Assembly: GCA_046563655.1 (NCBI GenBank)
Contig: CM102285.1
Location: 186,001-250,000, forward strand
Source of the DNA: Yuukianura sp. NJ FZ-2021
Lineage: Eukaryota
Direction: 5' to 3'
Length of the DNA stretch: 64,000 nt
A model generated the notes under the pieces. The model saw nothing but the letters and a program-made list of their open reading frames with translations. It made no database searches and was not told the DNA's origin. Of this stretch, positions 11,974-26,976 are shown piece after piece. Position 1 is the stretch's first letter, and each line of letters opens with the position of its first letter. The position numbers were made by a program, and so were the translations under genes.

Positions 11974-14900
11974 GTACATTTGCAAAAGCACAACTTTTAC
12001 ATTTTTTTTTTGCAAGTTTGAACAATAAACAATACTTCATTTCTGATCTCATTGTCAAGGTCATGACAATCCAAAAAGCACAATTTGCAAAAAATAGTCA
12101 TTATTTTGCCGAAGGCATTTTTTGCAAAGATGCAATTTCGTAAAAATACATTTTCAAAAAAGTCCCGCGCTTTTCTTTTTCAAAATTTAAACTGGATTTG
12201 GGCGGGAACGTCTTGTAAATTTGAAATTGAAAAGGAATGAATGAGTTGCAATCTTTTGGAAAGTAAAATTTGAAATTAAAGATGCGATCAAATTTCCTTC
12301 CGCTATGCATTGTACATTGGATATTGTTTCCGGAACTCCTCTTTTTTCATGTTTTGTGTTCAAAAGTTGTTCAATTTGAACAAAAAATCTCGTTTGGCAA
12401 ATTGAAATTGCAGACTCCCGCCAAAACAAAAGTTAGGCACGACGTTGCGCATTGTTAATTTAGAGGTAAGGTGATCGATCCCAGGGGCCGTGATTATTGT
12501 AATTATTGGAAAGAGGTGTGATGCGCAGGAGTTGGCTCAAAGTACAGTTATCTTTACGAGTTTTTATGCAGCGGCAGAATTTGAATGAACTTTTTGAATT
12601 TCGGAATTGAAATGTTAAGCCATTGATCAAAATTGGGATTCGATAAATCAGAAAATGAGAATGAGTTAATTGGCTTCCGATTGGTCCATTCCTCCTCTTG
12701 TCATGTGATGTGTCTTCATTTCCCAAAACACATAGATCATACCCTAACATAAAGTTTAAAACATGTTATGTAAGGTCAAAAACATGTTATGTAAGTTATG
12801 TAATGTCAATATGTTATGTAATGTAAGCTGCACACAGCATAAACATTGCACAAAAAGACAAAAATACTTTGACTTTTCAGAAAAAAATCAAGTAGAAAAT
12901 CCTGATTTAAGAGAAAATCGCTTTTTCTAAAAGTTTGAAATTTTCCCGGGATGCTTTCATTCATTTTTTGTGTGAGTTTTTTTTTAAAACGAGTATAAAA
13001 AGTTGTTTCGTGCGACTAATTGGTATGGTTGGTCTCATGGTTTTGAAGTCGTGTTCACAGTGTAGTTTCTCATTTGTTCCTTGTGAGTTGGAGTCGTAAA
13101 GTGACTGTTTTTGATGGATTTTGGTGGACATGCAGAGGGTATAGTTTACTTTTCAATTTAATTGGGATGTGGGTTCAAATCCCAGCGCCAATTTCAAATT
13201 TATGGGCGGAGCTTCTTTGTCACTTGTCAGGCAACTTCACAGGTCAAACGTAAGTCGATGACACTACAAGCTCATGTGTCGTAATTTGAAAAAAAAACGA
13301 GAAAACGAAAATTGTACTTAATTGAAAATTTCCTTGCAGTATTTACAAATATTTAAAGATAGAGCTCCAGATTTTTCGAAAATAATTTTCTTTTCATTCT
13401 CTTAAAATCTTGTAATGCATCAGTACACTTCTTAATTATAAAAATAGAAATTATAACCTCTACTGCTCTTGACCTTCTCCTCAACACTTTGTTGTGCGTA
13501 AAGTCATTTTTATAGTTTTATACTTTACTGTAAATATAAATATTTTTGTAAGTAGTTGCAAAGGTTAGGTTTTTACTTAAGCTTAGAAAACAGAGGGAAA
13601 AGTTGATAAAAATAGGTCATTGCCGCCTCGTTCGTTCCCGTGAGTAAACAATGAAAATAGGATTTGTCTGAGGATTAGGGCAGTCTCTCAAATGTGGAAT
13701 AATGTTACGGTAATTGGTAATTGCTGAGAAGTGGACGCTACTCTTTCTGTCTTTCAAAAAAAACTATGAGGGGGCAATTGGTCCAAAAAGTGAAATGTCT
13801 GTTGCATTTTAATACAACTATAAATCAATAGGAATATACAAATACAAATACAATCAACATCAAAGTACAAATACAACCATCAGTCAAATAATATAGTATA
13901 AGCACAACTGTAAATCAACTACATAATTTAAGCGTAATTATAATAAATGCAACTATAATAGAAATAGTATAAATCAGCTTACAAAAATATTTTCAGTTAA
14001 ACAACCAAAATAGAATTCAAAACTTTTAGGTATTACCTGATAATATCAATAAAAAAAAGTTTAGAGTTTTAGCCTAATTAGCCTAATTAATGGAATTAGT
14101 ACTAAAAACATGTTAAATTAATGTATATATTGTATGTTAAAATATATCATTAAATCTTTGATATTATTAAAAATTATCTGTTTGAATTGTTGTGCTACAG
14201 TCCTCCCCCCATAGATGAGTGACTTAATTCTGTTTAACTCATCTGCAAATTCTCCACTCTACTTCCTACCTAACTAATCGTTGACTTTGTTGCCCCTTCA
14301 TCCTGTCCCATAATACACTTAAAAAGTGGTGGGAAAATTTAAACTTATTTTAAACTTCAAGTGTAGTACTTGAGAATTGCAATAAAAGTTTGAAGTGGAA
14401 TCCACTTCTGCCCTTAACCTCACCAAATTGTTAATTGAACGCACAAACACCTCCCATCCTTCCGTTCCTCTTTCACTCAATCATTTAACACCAATCTGTT
14501 ACAACCATTAACCATTCCCTAATCCACTTTTTAAAAAATAAGCACTATTTTGGCGCCAAAAACCCACCAATCAAAACTTCATCAAATTAATTGCCCATGT
14601 TAAAACCAATTTCAAAATAAACTTTCAAAGAAAATCCAAATTAACAAGAGCAATCTTTTGCACCTACTAAATAAGATCAAGTGCAGCTCAACTTTTTTTA
14701 AAATTTGCGGGAAATTTTTAAAGTTTTTTGAACTTTTCATAAAATTTTGAAAAGTTAAAATGAAATGGATTACGAGGCTACCCACACAGTAATTACACAA
14801 AAGAGGGAGTGTAGCGTTAGGTGTCAAAAGCACTTAAGAAATCAAGTGGTTCCATTTCATTTGAGAAGCGCCAAAATTTCAAATTTTTTTGTTTCGTTTT

Positions 14901-17244
14901 AAGGCAGGTCACTGCCCGCACTCTTTTCAATTGTAAACAAAAATCATTGAATTCACTTCAATCAAGTTTAAAAAATGGAAGTGAAAGGAAAAACTTTTAA
15001 GTTGGTGGGGGTTCGATTCCTACCTCAACCATTTCAAAAAAAAAACAGCTTGGTCATGGTTCCTTTTTAAATTGTAATGTCAATGGCATTTAAAATCAAA
15101 CTAAAAAGAAAAAAAAACTAATGCAATAATTACACTTTTTAAGATAAGGTTAGTGACCCCTTGTGGTTGAAATCACAGAATACTTTTAGCGAGAAACTCA
15201 AAATTTCAAATACTTTAAAAATGTGCCTTTTCAAATTTTTTAAAAATGTTAGCTTAAAATGTTTAAAAATTTGAAAATGACTTTGTCCGCTCTTTCTTTG
15301 TTGGAAATTGTATCGAGTAACGGTTGATTAATTTGTCTCGCCCATCGAAATCCATTTGAGGCGTGAAGAATAGGCGGGTGTGCGCATGCCCACTGCACGC
15401 ATCAAAATTTAACACAAGTTTACTCAAAATTAGGACAAGAATGACCTTTGACTTTTTTCTACTGAGTCACATACTAACTTAACCTAAAAACATTTTCACT
15501 TTAACTTAAAATTAGCCTAACTAACCTAAAAAGGATTTTCAGTTTCCGTTGCTCCCATTTTAAAATTCAAGTCCACTCGTTTCGTAACCTACTTAAGTTG
15601 GCCTAACTTTGTAACCACGATTAAGTAAACCAATCACGTAAATTTTACGTAAAAAATCACGTAAAAACGTAAATTTACAATTAACTTAATCACTCTACCG
15701 TAACACTTTAAATGCCCATTTAAAGACAATTTGCCTCCTGCATCACAACAAACATTAAAGACAAATGAGGTAGGGAAAAACGCCAACAAAATTTAAAAAA
15801 AAAGAAGTTCTGCCGCGTATTTTATAAGGTTCACTTTTGCAATTTACAAAGTTAAAAAGATGAATGAATTTTAAATTTTACGCGTCGAATTAGTCAACTT
15901 CCAAAAAAAACTTGAAATCCTTCCTCCAAAAGTCCAAATTTGTCAAAAAACTCAAAAGTGGATTACGCTTGCGTAGTTTTCACGCAAGCGTGAATTTGAA
16001 GTTGCTAATCATACGAAAAAAAAACACGCAAAAGAATGTTTCTGAAAAAAAATCGGATTTTGACATCTTTCGACTTTGCATATTTCGAGTGCAGATTTTG
16101 ATTTGATTTAAGTATTTTGTATTCTAAGTTTTCGAAATTTTGGTCTTTATTATCAGTAAAGTTTTAATCTCTTGCAATTTTGTCTCTGTAAGTGTTGTCA
16201 TGTACTTAGGCTTAGATTTATGATAATTAGGAGTACATCATGTAATTCACAGTTGCAAAAGTTAAGAAGATGAATTAAATTACTGTTGCAACTGACAATA
16301 ATTTTCAAAATGAAAAAAGAGTCAAATTTCCAAATTTGGAAATGCGCGAGGCGGGAAACGCAATCATCATCACACCATCTTATTCGTAATCCACAAAATT
16401 ATGAACTTCATACTTGCACCACTTTGTTTTTCAATGGAAACTGCTTATAGCATCAGCATCAAAAATCCTTTTGATTTGAAACAATTCCATAGGGACAAAT
16501 CTCGGTTGAAGTAAGGCAAAGGTGTTATGTTTGTACCCACGAAACATAGCTTTGTAAAAAGCGATGTAACCAGTGAATACACCTTATGGTTACAAACTGT
16601 AGAAAAAGTACATTCTTGCTTAAACCAAAATTTTGAAAATCAGTGTTAAAATGGATGTGATTTTGGATCACCCGGTACAAATTGGGTACTTCTGCATTTC
16701 TAGTTTACTTCAACCAACTACAGGAAGGGCATGAGAGCACAATTTGAGAAAATTCCATTAGCCATATTTGGCCCCAGTTGGAACGAATTGAAATTGCAAC
16801 GCGTCATAATTTCAAGTCCAATTTAATGTCTATTCGCCTTTTCTAAAAAAAACAACAATTTTAAAAATCCTAAATTCCTAAAAACGTCTAAGTTATTTAC
16901 CAAAATCGTCGTTTACTCTACCAAAAAGTAAAAGTTCAAAATTTGGATGTTTTTTTCTTCTCTTTCTCTGAGAGAGAAAAATTGAAAATCAAAATCCACG
17001 CGATAAAAAATGGACAGCTCAAATGATCCAATTTCACTTCGATACCGTTCCAATTTCCAATTTGAAATAATTTCCAATTGTTACAATATTTTTGAAATTG
17101 TGGGAGTGTCAAATTGTACCAACTGAGACAACAGTTAACTCAACAATGAAAAGTTCACCTATTGTTCTCTTATGCAATTCAAACACTCTGCAAAAAAAAA
17201 GTAAAACAATGGAAAGGGGAAATCGCATAAAGGTCGATTAGCAA

Positions 17245-17412
17245 AAAAAAACAGAGTTGGACATGCAAAAAGAAAAACAGAGCTGGGCATTACAAAAAAA
17301 CAGAGTTGGGCATGCAAAAGAAAAACAGAGCTGGGCATTACAAAAAAAAACAGAGTTGGGCATCAAAGAAACAGAATTGGGCATGACAAAAAATTGTAAC
17401 AGCGTTGGGCAC
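17245..17412. repeat. Short degenerate tandem repeat (aaacagagttgggcat)
   Basis: About 6-7 imperfect copies. Confidence 0.7.
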
Positions 17413-20400
17413 GACCAAGAAGACAATGAGAAATTGTGAAAACAATGTCGCAGTCTAATCAGATTAAACTGATACTCAAGTTCCAAAGTTCCTTAAAGTT
17501 ACTGGGGCAAGTTGAGATAATTTTTTAAATTTGCGCAACAATAAGACATTGGACGGAGATTTAAAAAGTAATGAATTGATTAGTGATTAACTAGCACTTT
17601 TTTCTTTGTCAATTCCAAATCTCATTAAGACAGTTGCAATTCTTTGTGATGGTGACAAAGTGTGACACTTTTTACGTAACACATTCAAAAAAAAAAAATG
17701 AGCGCCTTAAGAAAAATGGAAAGTTTAAAAACGGCACGCATGCTCAAATGGCAAATTTCTATTTTGATCATGCCGTGCTGCGCGGCCTTGCAAAAATGCT
17801 TCTGCGCCGTTAAAAAAATAGAAGTGTTGTAATATTCAGAAGGTAACAAATGGAATCGATTCGTCACAATTTCAAACTGAAAAAGGCGGGAGCACCAAAA
17901 AGTGAAATTTTGAATTCAAAAAATTTGTTCTCAGAAACTTTTTCAAAAAAAAATTGAAATCGAGGCGGGTGTTTTATGCTTCATCAAAAATTAGAAATCC
18001 GTTGTTAAAAAATTCATTACATTTTACCAAAAACTGTCAAACGAAGAGGGAGTGTTTCCGGTTTAAATTTTTTCTTTCCCGCCAAGTTCAAATTTTTGAA
18101 CTTTTTTTTGAAGAGTTGTGATTCAGCGGAGAATGAACTTTTGGAAGGTGATGAACTGCGTGGGAAAAAATGTGGACCAAAGGCTTTTTAAAAACCTTGA
18201 ATTTTTCTAGGAATCAAAATCTTCCGTTCCTTTCCGGAAACAAACAACATTCCTGAGAAGTTCCCAATTGTGCAAAAATTTTATTGTTGCAAATTTTTTG
18301 CAAGTTCAAAATTTGTGCAAAAAGCTGCTCCAAACCTATATCCGCCTACGTTCCAGCCAAAACCTGAATCCCCGTTAGGTTTGCCAAATGAAAAACAATT
18401 TCAAAATTTTCTCATCACAAAAAAAGTTGTTCAATTTTTTACTTTTTTGTTTCATAATTACGATGATAAGTAATTAAATCTATGACAAGCAATTAGTCCA
18501 GCAATTTTTAAATTCTTGAAGAAACAATTTCACAATTTTTTGAATTTTTACCCACAACTGCTAACCACTAAAATATTTTGGTGGAATTCTCTTAAAAAAA
18601 GGCAGTAAGTTAAATTTGAAACTGAGTTTTCAAAATTTTGAAAAGTTTTAAGAAAAACGAAAACTGTTAGAGTAACAGTTAAAGTTAAGTGCAATTAATG
18701 TTAGTACATTTAATTATTGTTTTGCTTTGAGTCATCATTAAAAAAAGGAGTAAAAAAATCCCGTTGTGTTTGTTTCTTCCGTAAGGAAGCTCATGTGAAT
18801 TAATTAAATTTTCATAAGGAAAGAGAGTGGCAGTGAGGTATGTTAAGTACTCGTCGTGTCAAGAATTTTTTTCGTTTTTTCAAATTTCCCTGGGAAAGAA
18901 GAGAAAACTGCTTTTTTGAAAAGAAGTAAAAAAAAAATCAGGTTTTTTAGAAAATTCAGTAAGTTGAAAGGAGCAGGTTTTCTTTTGTTTCTTTTTTGAA
19001 GAATTCACAAGAAAAAAAAAAGTTGTCAAATTTTCTGAAACTGAAACCGCTCCAAATGGACTTTTTCCTGAAATTTCAAATTTTCCCGCCACGAAAATAT
19101 GCGTTACACGATTTCCCACTTTATGGTGGCATTTTTGAACACCATGGTTCAAAAATTTAACATCCGACAATCACCTAACAAACAAAAAAAAAGCATTTTT
19201 TCAAACACGCAAATTTCAAAAGCAAAAAGTTAATATTTTTAAAAAGTGAAAAAACAATTTTTTTTTCTAACTCACTGCACAGCTTTCCCGCTCTCACGGA
19301 ATTTGTTGACGTAAAATTTGAACGGCAAATTTTTCTGAGGAAGAAATTTGTTGATTGGAATTTGATTCTGTGGTGGACACAATAACTTTTTGTGCACATC
19401 ATTAAACTCTGCCTCTTACTGTACTTTATACAGTTGTACAATGTACAATGTACACCATGTACCACAATGAAGTTGAAGACTTATGAAGCAGTTGTTTGAT
19501 TTAAGACAGACTTGACGGATGACCTTTGACCTCTCACCGGTTCTCTCATGAATAATTATTACCCAGACATTCATTCTTACTATACAAAAAATATACCTCT
19601 AACCTTCAACTTCACAACGGACAAACAACTTCTACTTTGCAATCTGCTCAATTTCAAAATCACTTTTTCATTTTTTTATACAATTTTCATAATTTCAAAT
19701 TTTTGGTTTTTACATTCCACATTTTCTATTTTCCTCCACATTTTCATTGTTTTCCGAAAGTTCAAATTTCCAGGGAGCCCCAGATTTTTAAATTTTGAAA
19801 AGACAGACTGCAGACAAAACTAGAACTTGAAATTTTCGATTTTGAAATTATGATTGTGGACATTTTGGAAATTTGAAACTCACTTTTGCCAAATATGTTT
19901 AACTTTCATCACATTTCCAGCTGTCTAATTGGAAACAAAAAACGTGTGTAGTGATGATGCTTAAAAGCACAAAATTTTCATCGCTTTGAATTTGTATTCT
20001 ACGCATCTGCGTTTTAGTAGATACTGAGCATCCTCTGGGATTTTCAAATGTTAATTTCTTCTCATGTTCATGTTATTAATTCCAAATAAGCTATGCTGTT
20101 CAGTCGATCTACACAGTTTAACCAAGCATCTGCATCTTTTCAAAAAGTGTTTTTTGAAATTTTGTTTTTGAACTTTCCCGCTTTACAATCCAGGTGAAGA
20201 ACTTTTCAGCTGCCGAAAATCCTCTTTGAAGGAGGAAAATGGAAAGCATTAATTAGAAAACGGAATTAAGCAGAGATCTTGTTTCACACCCGAAAAAATG
20301 ACCCCAGAAATCATGTTTTACCGAAACACGCAAGCGCAAACACGCTAACTTCAAAAAAACGCCAACTTCAAAAAAATTAACATGGAATTCCACGGTTTCT

Positions 20401-21883
20401 AACTAATTCTTCACTACTTGCATACAACATGTGTCGTTCACGCATTTTCTTTAAAAAGTTCAACAACCTTTGAACAAAAGTTCAAAAAATTAAAAAAGAG
20501 TTAGGCACGAACTGAGAGTCACTTTTTTAAAACCAATTTCACAAAAAATTTATGTCTTCTTTTACCAAATCACGCGCGTGACAATTAGGGCCAAAAGGTG
20601 CACACCTTAAATAACGTCTGTCTTTTTATTTCTTGTCACCCGCAGAGTACGGCACAACGACCAGGGGTAAAGCACAGCTCAAAAACTCTAAAATTGAAAA
20701 ACTCTAAATTTTATAAACAACAGAAACAAAATTTTATTATTTAAAAAATGAGGAGGAGTTTTATTCTCCATCTCGAAAAAAAAAACACAACTCAAAGAGT
20801 GATTTTTCAACTAGTATTTCTCTTATTGTTTCAAGATTTGATGCTATTGTCTTACAATTTTTGGATGGAAGTTAGAGGGTGGATGTCGCCAGCGTCGAAA
20901 AACTAGAATTCTTAACAAAAAGTTTATTTTCTCAAAATTAATTTTGTATTAATTCCTAGTTTTCATGAATGTGTTTTTTGGGTGGAAGGGTGATTGGTGG
21001 GTAGCGTACTTTGTGAAGTGTAAAAAACCCAAAACCTGTGACAAAAAAAAACACTTTCTTTTAATAAAATTTTTTTATGGATTGTTAATTTCTTATGGAC
21101 TATAATTTTTGGGTGGATGGGTGGATGTTGGATGACGTACTTTGTGGAGTGTCAAAAGGGCTCAAAATCCTAATAAAAAGTTTTACGACTTGACTGTCCT
21201 TTTGACAGGGAATGACAAACAGAAAAAAAAGAGGCGCGAGGGGTATGAATTCCTAAAACGTTTTTGTATTTTTTTGAATGTGCGCGCCACTCTTGACACT
21301 GAACAGTTTATTACCGTTTCAAAAAAAAACCCTCTCCTTTTCTCTTTCAAAAAATCATTGTTGAGAAACTCGTGAAAGAGATTTCTTGGTTTGTGATTTT
21401 TGGAGTGGTGCTTACATTTAGTCCAACTCTTTCTGAATCTCCTTTTCATCTGTCCATCATCACTTTAACTTCTGAGACACTCTGTATTTCATTTTACTTT
21501 TGAGACACTTTGTACATTCGTACAATACGTTTCTCCTTCTCTCATTTTGGTTAAAGTACTTTTGAGCAGAACGAAAGGAAAAACCATAATGAAGCGGTGG
21601 AAATGAATTCACTTATTGTGGAAAACATGCGCAGAAGATAAGATGGTTGTGCGCAGACGTGAAAAATGTTTCCAGGTTATGGACCTCCGATGACAAGGAG
21701 GCTGCGCAGAGTCAACTTCCGACATATCTTCACTTCCTAGCATACAAAACCACAACAATTATGACCAGTCACCAGAACACTACAAACAAAAAGTAGGCAC
21801 TGCGCAAGTCCACTTTTGGTTCACAGCGTACTTCAGTTCTTAGAGAAACCCAATGCCCTTGGGCATTTGACCACCCGGAGAAC

Positions 21884-22157
21884 GCCATTTCATCGAATGA
21901 ATTACAACGAAACGAATTTCCCAGAATGAATTTCTGCGAAACAATTTACAGCTAAAGTTGAATTGCAACTAAAGTTGAATTCCATGAAAGTCGAATCACA
22001 ACGAAAGCTGCATTTCTTTCGTTGTAATTCGATTTTTCTTGAAATACTAAGTTGGTTGTGATTCAACTTTCTTTGTAATTAGAATTTCGTTGTAATTGGT
22101 TTCGGAGAAATTCATTCTAGGAAATTCGCTTCGTTGTAATTCATTCGATGAAATGGC
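21884..22157. mobile_element. Inverted-repeat MITE (gccatttcatcgaatgaattacaacgaa family)
   Basis: Arms gccatttcatcgaatgaattacaacgaaacgaatttc / gaaattcgcttcgttgtaattcattcgatgaaatggc; second copy at ~24016-24201. Confidence 0.75.
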
Positions 22158-23784
22158 ATGGAACCGGTACTGATTAACCCATGCGGAAAAATGGGTATTT
22201 CTCGTTAGTGATTAACCCATATGGGTTAAAAATGACGGGTGTTGGTTAACCCTGGGGGTGGAGGGGGTGGGTGGGGGTGGCTTTTATGCAAGGGAGTGGT
22301 GGAAGTCTAAGTTTAGCCTAAGTAAATGAAGTGCCTAACTGTTTGTGGTGGATATGGCCTCAAGTGCCTAGCTTTGGAGAACAATTAGAGTCCTAACAAG
22401 ATCCTCATCTCACGCCTCTTCACACGACACTTATTCTCCCGATCAAATTCAAAATTTTAAATCCCGCCGCTCTTCCTCTTACGGCACTTCCATTGTCCAA
22501 CAACATCAAACAGTCTCAGCTTAACTCACATTTAGGCACACCCCACAGACACATTTACATAACGACAGCAACTCCTAAGTCCCAAATTACTATGAATTAC
22601 GATTCAAATTACTTTTACAACTAATTCAACTAATTACAATTACCTAATTACTCTGCCACGACATAGGACGCCTTACGGCTTCCAAATCCCTCCAAAAACT
22701 TCACACTTTTGCTCAATTTCTAAGCTCAATTTAATTCACGTTTTCATTTTTCAGATACGACGCCAATTTGAATTTTCACGTTTCGCGCCACGCGATTTTT
22801 AGCATTTTTTTTAGGGTTTTTGACATTCTCCGTTAGCATTTTGCATTTTGACAACGCAAATTTTTCACGTTTCGCGTCTCGTGCTTTCTCGGTTTACATG
22901 AAAACTAAAAAAATGAAATTCGACGTGAATTTTTTTCGCGCGTGGAAAGTGACATGTAAAATGTGACTTTTGATATGTAGACTGAAGATTTATGATGATG
23001 CATGTAGTTGAGCCCAGAACACACGGAGGAATTAAAACTGTGAGTTGTGTGGCGCCATTAATTTGAAATTTACCGCTGCTTAAAACAAGTTTCAAAATTT
23101 TACCTTCTGGATTATGGAATGAACAACATGATTTGCAGACACGCAGACGCAGAACATAAACAGCAAAAAACAATAGGATTCTTTGTCGACCTTTTCAAGG
23201 CCCTTCGTCCACACGAGGCACAAAAAATAAGAGTTTCAAGGCTCCCGGCCCTTAAGGGCCTCTCCAACACCACACAGTTCCGGGTGACCTTGACCTTTAC
23301 CCAGTCACTTAGAGGTCAAATGGTGACCCCTTGAGGTCAACCCAACGTAACACGAATTTTGAAAAAGTAAAAGCGGGAACTTTCCGTTTTTTATGAAAAT
23401 TCCCTGGAATTGCAATTTTACAGTTGCACTCAACCGCACAATTTAAACGCTTCGCCAAACACAGTTTACTTCCTCAACACTTTTTAAAAAAAAGTTGGTC
23501 ATTTTTTTCTGATTTCAAAAAAAGTTTGTTTTTTCAAAAAACTTGTTTAAAAAAGTGTGGTTTTGTTTTAAACCAATAAGGTGGAGATGGATGTAGTTTG
23601 CACAGAAAGCAAACGACAACTGAATCTCTTTTGTGCCTTGATTTTGAATCTGGGAAGAGTAGGGTAAAAGGAGGGGGATGAAAAAAGAGAGGGATGAAAA
23701 AGAGAGAGAATTTCACAACATTCAACATCCAAAAGGCAAAGCATCTATTTCCATTTACACTCAAACATTAAAACTAACATTATG

Positions 23785-24003
23785 CTACATTGATTACATA
23801 AGTTACATGCAAATAGTGTCACGTGGTTACTGATTACATAAATTACATAAAAACTAAAACTACATGGAAAAAGTGTCCGTGGTTTCACTGGTTACATAAA
23901 TTACATAAAAACTGAATTGCACGGAAATAGTGTCATGTGGTTACTGATTACATAAATTACATAAAAACTGAATTACATGAAAATAGTGTAACGTGGTTAC
24001 ATA
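23785..24003. repeat. ~59-bp tandem repeat (~3.5 copies)
   Basis: Unit like ttacataaattacataaaaactgaattacatgaaaatagtgtcacgtggttactga. Confidence 0.8.
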
Positions 24004-24015
24004 CTACGATTTCAT

Positions 24016-24201
24016 GCCATTTTATCGAATGAATTACAACGAAGCGAATTTGCTCTAAGGATTTTCTAGGAATTACGACGAAAGTTGTAATTCAACTTTC
24101 GTTGTAATTCGCTTCGGCGGAATTTAGCTTTCGTTGTAATTGGTTTCGTGGAAATTCATTCGGAGAAATTCGCTTCGTTGTAATTCATTCGCTGAAATGG
24201 C
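24016..24201. mobile_element. Second, shorter copy of the 21884 MITE family
   Basis: gccattttatcgaatgaattacaacgaagcgaattt ... aaattcgcttcgttgtaattcattcgctgaaatggc. Confidence 0.7.
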
Positions 24202-24981
24202 TCATACCACTATATATTTCTAAATAAACTCCAATTGGAGGGAAGATTCAAATTTTATATTTCAATGTACATGATCAGATAAACGTCAACTGTATAATCA
24301 GACATTGAAGATTCAAATTTTTTTTGTGACGCGTCTTCGCGCCGTGGGTGCGTGGAGGACGCGTTGGTGAAGAACTCAGCGGGAGATTTGAAAATCCAAA
24401 GTTCAACAGACTCTTTTGCATTAGTATTTCAAATTCCCTCCACGTGCTTATGCTTTTTGTGCCCTTCTGGACATGCTCCTGAATCCAAAATTAAACTGAG
24501 GAGTGCGTGAGGTCATTGACCTTTGACCTTTAGCAAGGTATCCACACAGTTCCAAAAAAAAGTTGCAAGGTTGCACTCGACCGGTTGTGCAACTTGCAAC
24601 TTTTTCCGTAGTTTTCAAGTTTTGTATTTGATTTTGATTTTTTGTACATCGATCGATTGAAATGTTGGTTTTGGGTAACAGGGCTTCTGTTTTTGCTAAT
24701 TTTTTTTGGTTGTTTGCGCATACTTTTTTTGACTGTTTGCGCATCTGAAGCTGAGCATGTTTGCTTATGGTTTATGTTTGGCTAAACACACGAGAGTTGG
24801 ACATCAGTTGTTTGAGCGAGTACCGTTAAGAAGGTTGTGGTCAACTTACGGTCCGTTTTTCGTCGTGTGGAGTTGACCATCCAGAAAATTGGTTTGCTCA
24901 ATTTCAAAAATGTGAAACAAAAGTGAAGATGACGACGGAGAGAGCAGGGGCGGGGCAAGGTCAACAAAGCAAAATTGAATT

Positions 24982-25278
24982 TACCGTATTTCCTCGAATA
25001 ACACGCCCCACCTAAAATTCAAGTTTCCATTTCATAGCGCGAAATAAAAATATACAAAAACTTGTCAGAATTTCAAAAGTTCTGAGAAAATTGATATATT
25101 TTGCTCCAGTTGTTTACATCAGGTTTAGCTATAATTTACAGACGGTTTACGGTAACACAAAATCAAAAATTTAACATAGCAAACTTACTTAAAACTTGCA
25201 TTTATATAAAATAAATTTTAATTCTTCAGCTAAAAAACTAATTTCTAACGCTCGCATTATACGCGAGGATTTACGGTA
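24982..25278. mobile_element. Tc1/mariner(pogo)-like MITE with TA-CCGTA...TACGG-TA ends
   Basis: taccgtatttcctcgaataacacgc ... gcattatacgcgaggatttacggta; additional right-end copies end at ~25343 and ~25411. Confidence 0.6.
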
Positions 25279-26976
25279 ATCCAATTTTCTAGAACCCTGT
25301 TCATAAATACGTTCTCCTCGCCTACTATTGCAGGATTTACGGTAATCCAAATTTGCAGAAACTGTTTTGAATCAAGTCGCTCTCATTGCCTGCTATTCGA
25401 GGATTTACGGTAGTCGGAAGATGTGGATTGAGAGTTTGTGACTCCAAATCATAAGTTGACGTTGTAATTGTGCTTGGCAAAAGTACTTTTCCTGTCAATG
25501 TCACTCTGTTGTCGTGTCCATTTTGCAGGAAGAGGAACACTGTAAGGTGCTCAGCACCAAAAACATTCCTGTCACACGCTTTTTTGCGTTTTTGGTTTTT
25601 TTGAATGTGGGTAGTCTCGAGACTCAGAATGCAAAACCTACAATTTGCGTCAACATCATCACAAATCCTCTCATCCTTACACACATCACTCAAACTACTA
25701 CAAAAAACACACAGTAGTTAATTGAGTAGACAGAAAAATTTCAAAAGACTCACAATTTCAAAAATTCTAAAGTTTTTCTTCCAATTTTAAACTTAGAAAG
25801 CAATTTCGAGGGCAGATTTTGATTTAAACTTGAATTTTTTCCATAAATGTCTTTAATTAAAATGCGAATTTTGTCTTCCATTTTTTTAAAAAGTGGGGTG
25901 ACAAATTTTCATTTCCGAATAAATTTAAAACAAGGTTTTCGTTTTTTTTCGACTTTTGCAAACTCTTCTTTTCCTGAAAATTTTTGCAACTTCTTTGCAA
26001 ACTGCGGTTTAGCTCAAGGTCATTTTTTTGCAAATTAGAGTCGTATTATGTGAATTGGGCTTTGTGCGAATTGTCCAATTTGCAAATTCCTTGGACAGAA
26101 TACGTTACAGTTTCAAATGTCATTTGCAAAAAATGATTTTCGCAACAATGCAAAAAAAAATTGGCAAAGGCCAGGAGACAAAGGAAGAATAAGGAAACCT
26201 TTGCTACTTTGGTAGCGGCGGGAGATTGATGAAATTTTGAAATTTGAAATTGAAGTGCGAGTTCCCGCCCTTTTCTTGCATTGCAATGACTTTGGCTTAT
26301 TAATCACGAGATTCAATTAATTATTGAATTAAGGTGACACTCTAATCAATTCAAAAGATTAAGGAAATAGTCAATTCAAATCACTTTCAAAAACTTTTTT
26401 TGAAGTTATGAAATTTTTTCAATTTTTTCCGCCTGTGGGTTGATAGTTGCAACCTCTAAAAAGTTCCAGCCCAGTGCTCATGTGCACCAAAAACAATGAA
26501 ATTTGCACTGTCACTTTGCAATAATTAGTAGACACCTTAATTCCCAAAGTATGAAACCAAAAAATGAATTTTGAAACCTCAAATTACATTTTGTTAAAAT
26601 GGCAAACTTCGGATTTTGAAATTCGACAATAAAAATATTTCCAAAAGCTGAATTTTGAAAAGTGGGGCGTAGAGGTGTAGGAGTGAAACAAATGAAAATG
26701 AATGTTGATAAATTTTTTCGTTGTCAAACGACATGAATTTTTTTGTGAGTCTGCGTAGTCTCCTTAACCTAGTTTCTGCACACATTTAATTTGGAGTCAA
26801 ATTCTGCCCAAATTTTCCCTAATGAAAGAAAATCAGTTGACAAGTGATTGATCTTCAGCACTTTGTCCACAACTGAATTTTTTTCACACTTTTTTTCTTT
26901 CAAAACGCAAAAAGTGTGCAGTGTGTCACGTGTTTAATACACTCATTCACATAATTATAAAGACACCCCCTAAAAT

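Noticed and set aside
13165-13192. tRNA T-arm/B-box-like gtgggttcaaatccc (also ggttcgattcc at ~15010)
   Set aside because: No complete cloverleaf could be folded; at most a SINE or tRNA relic.
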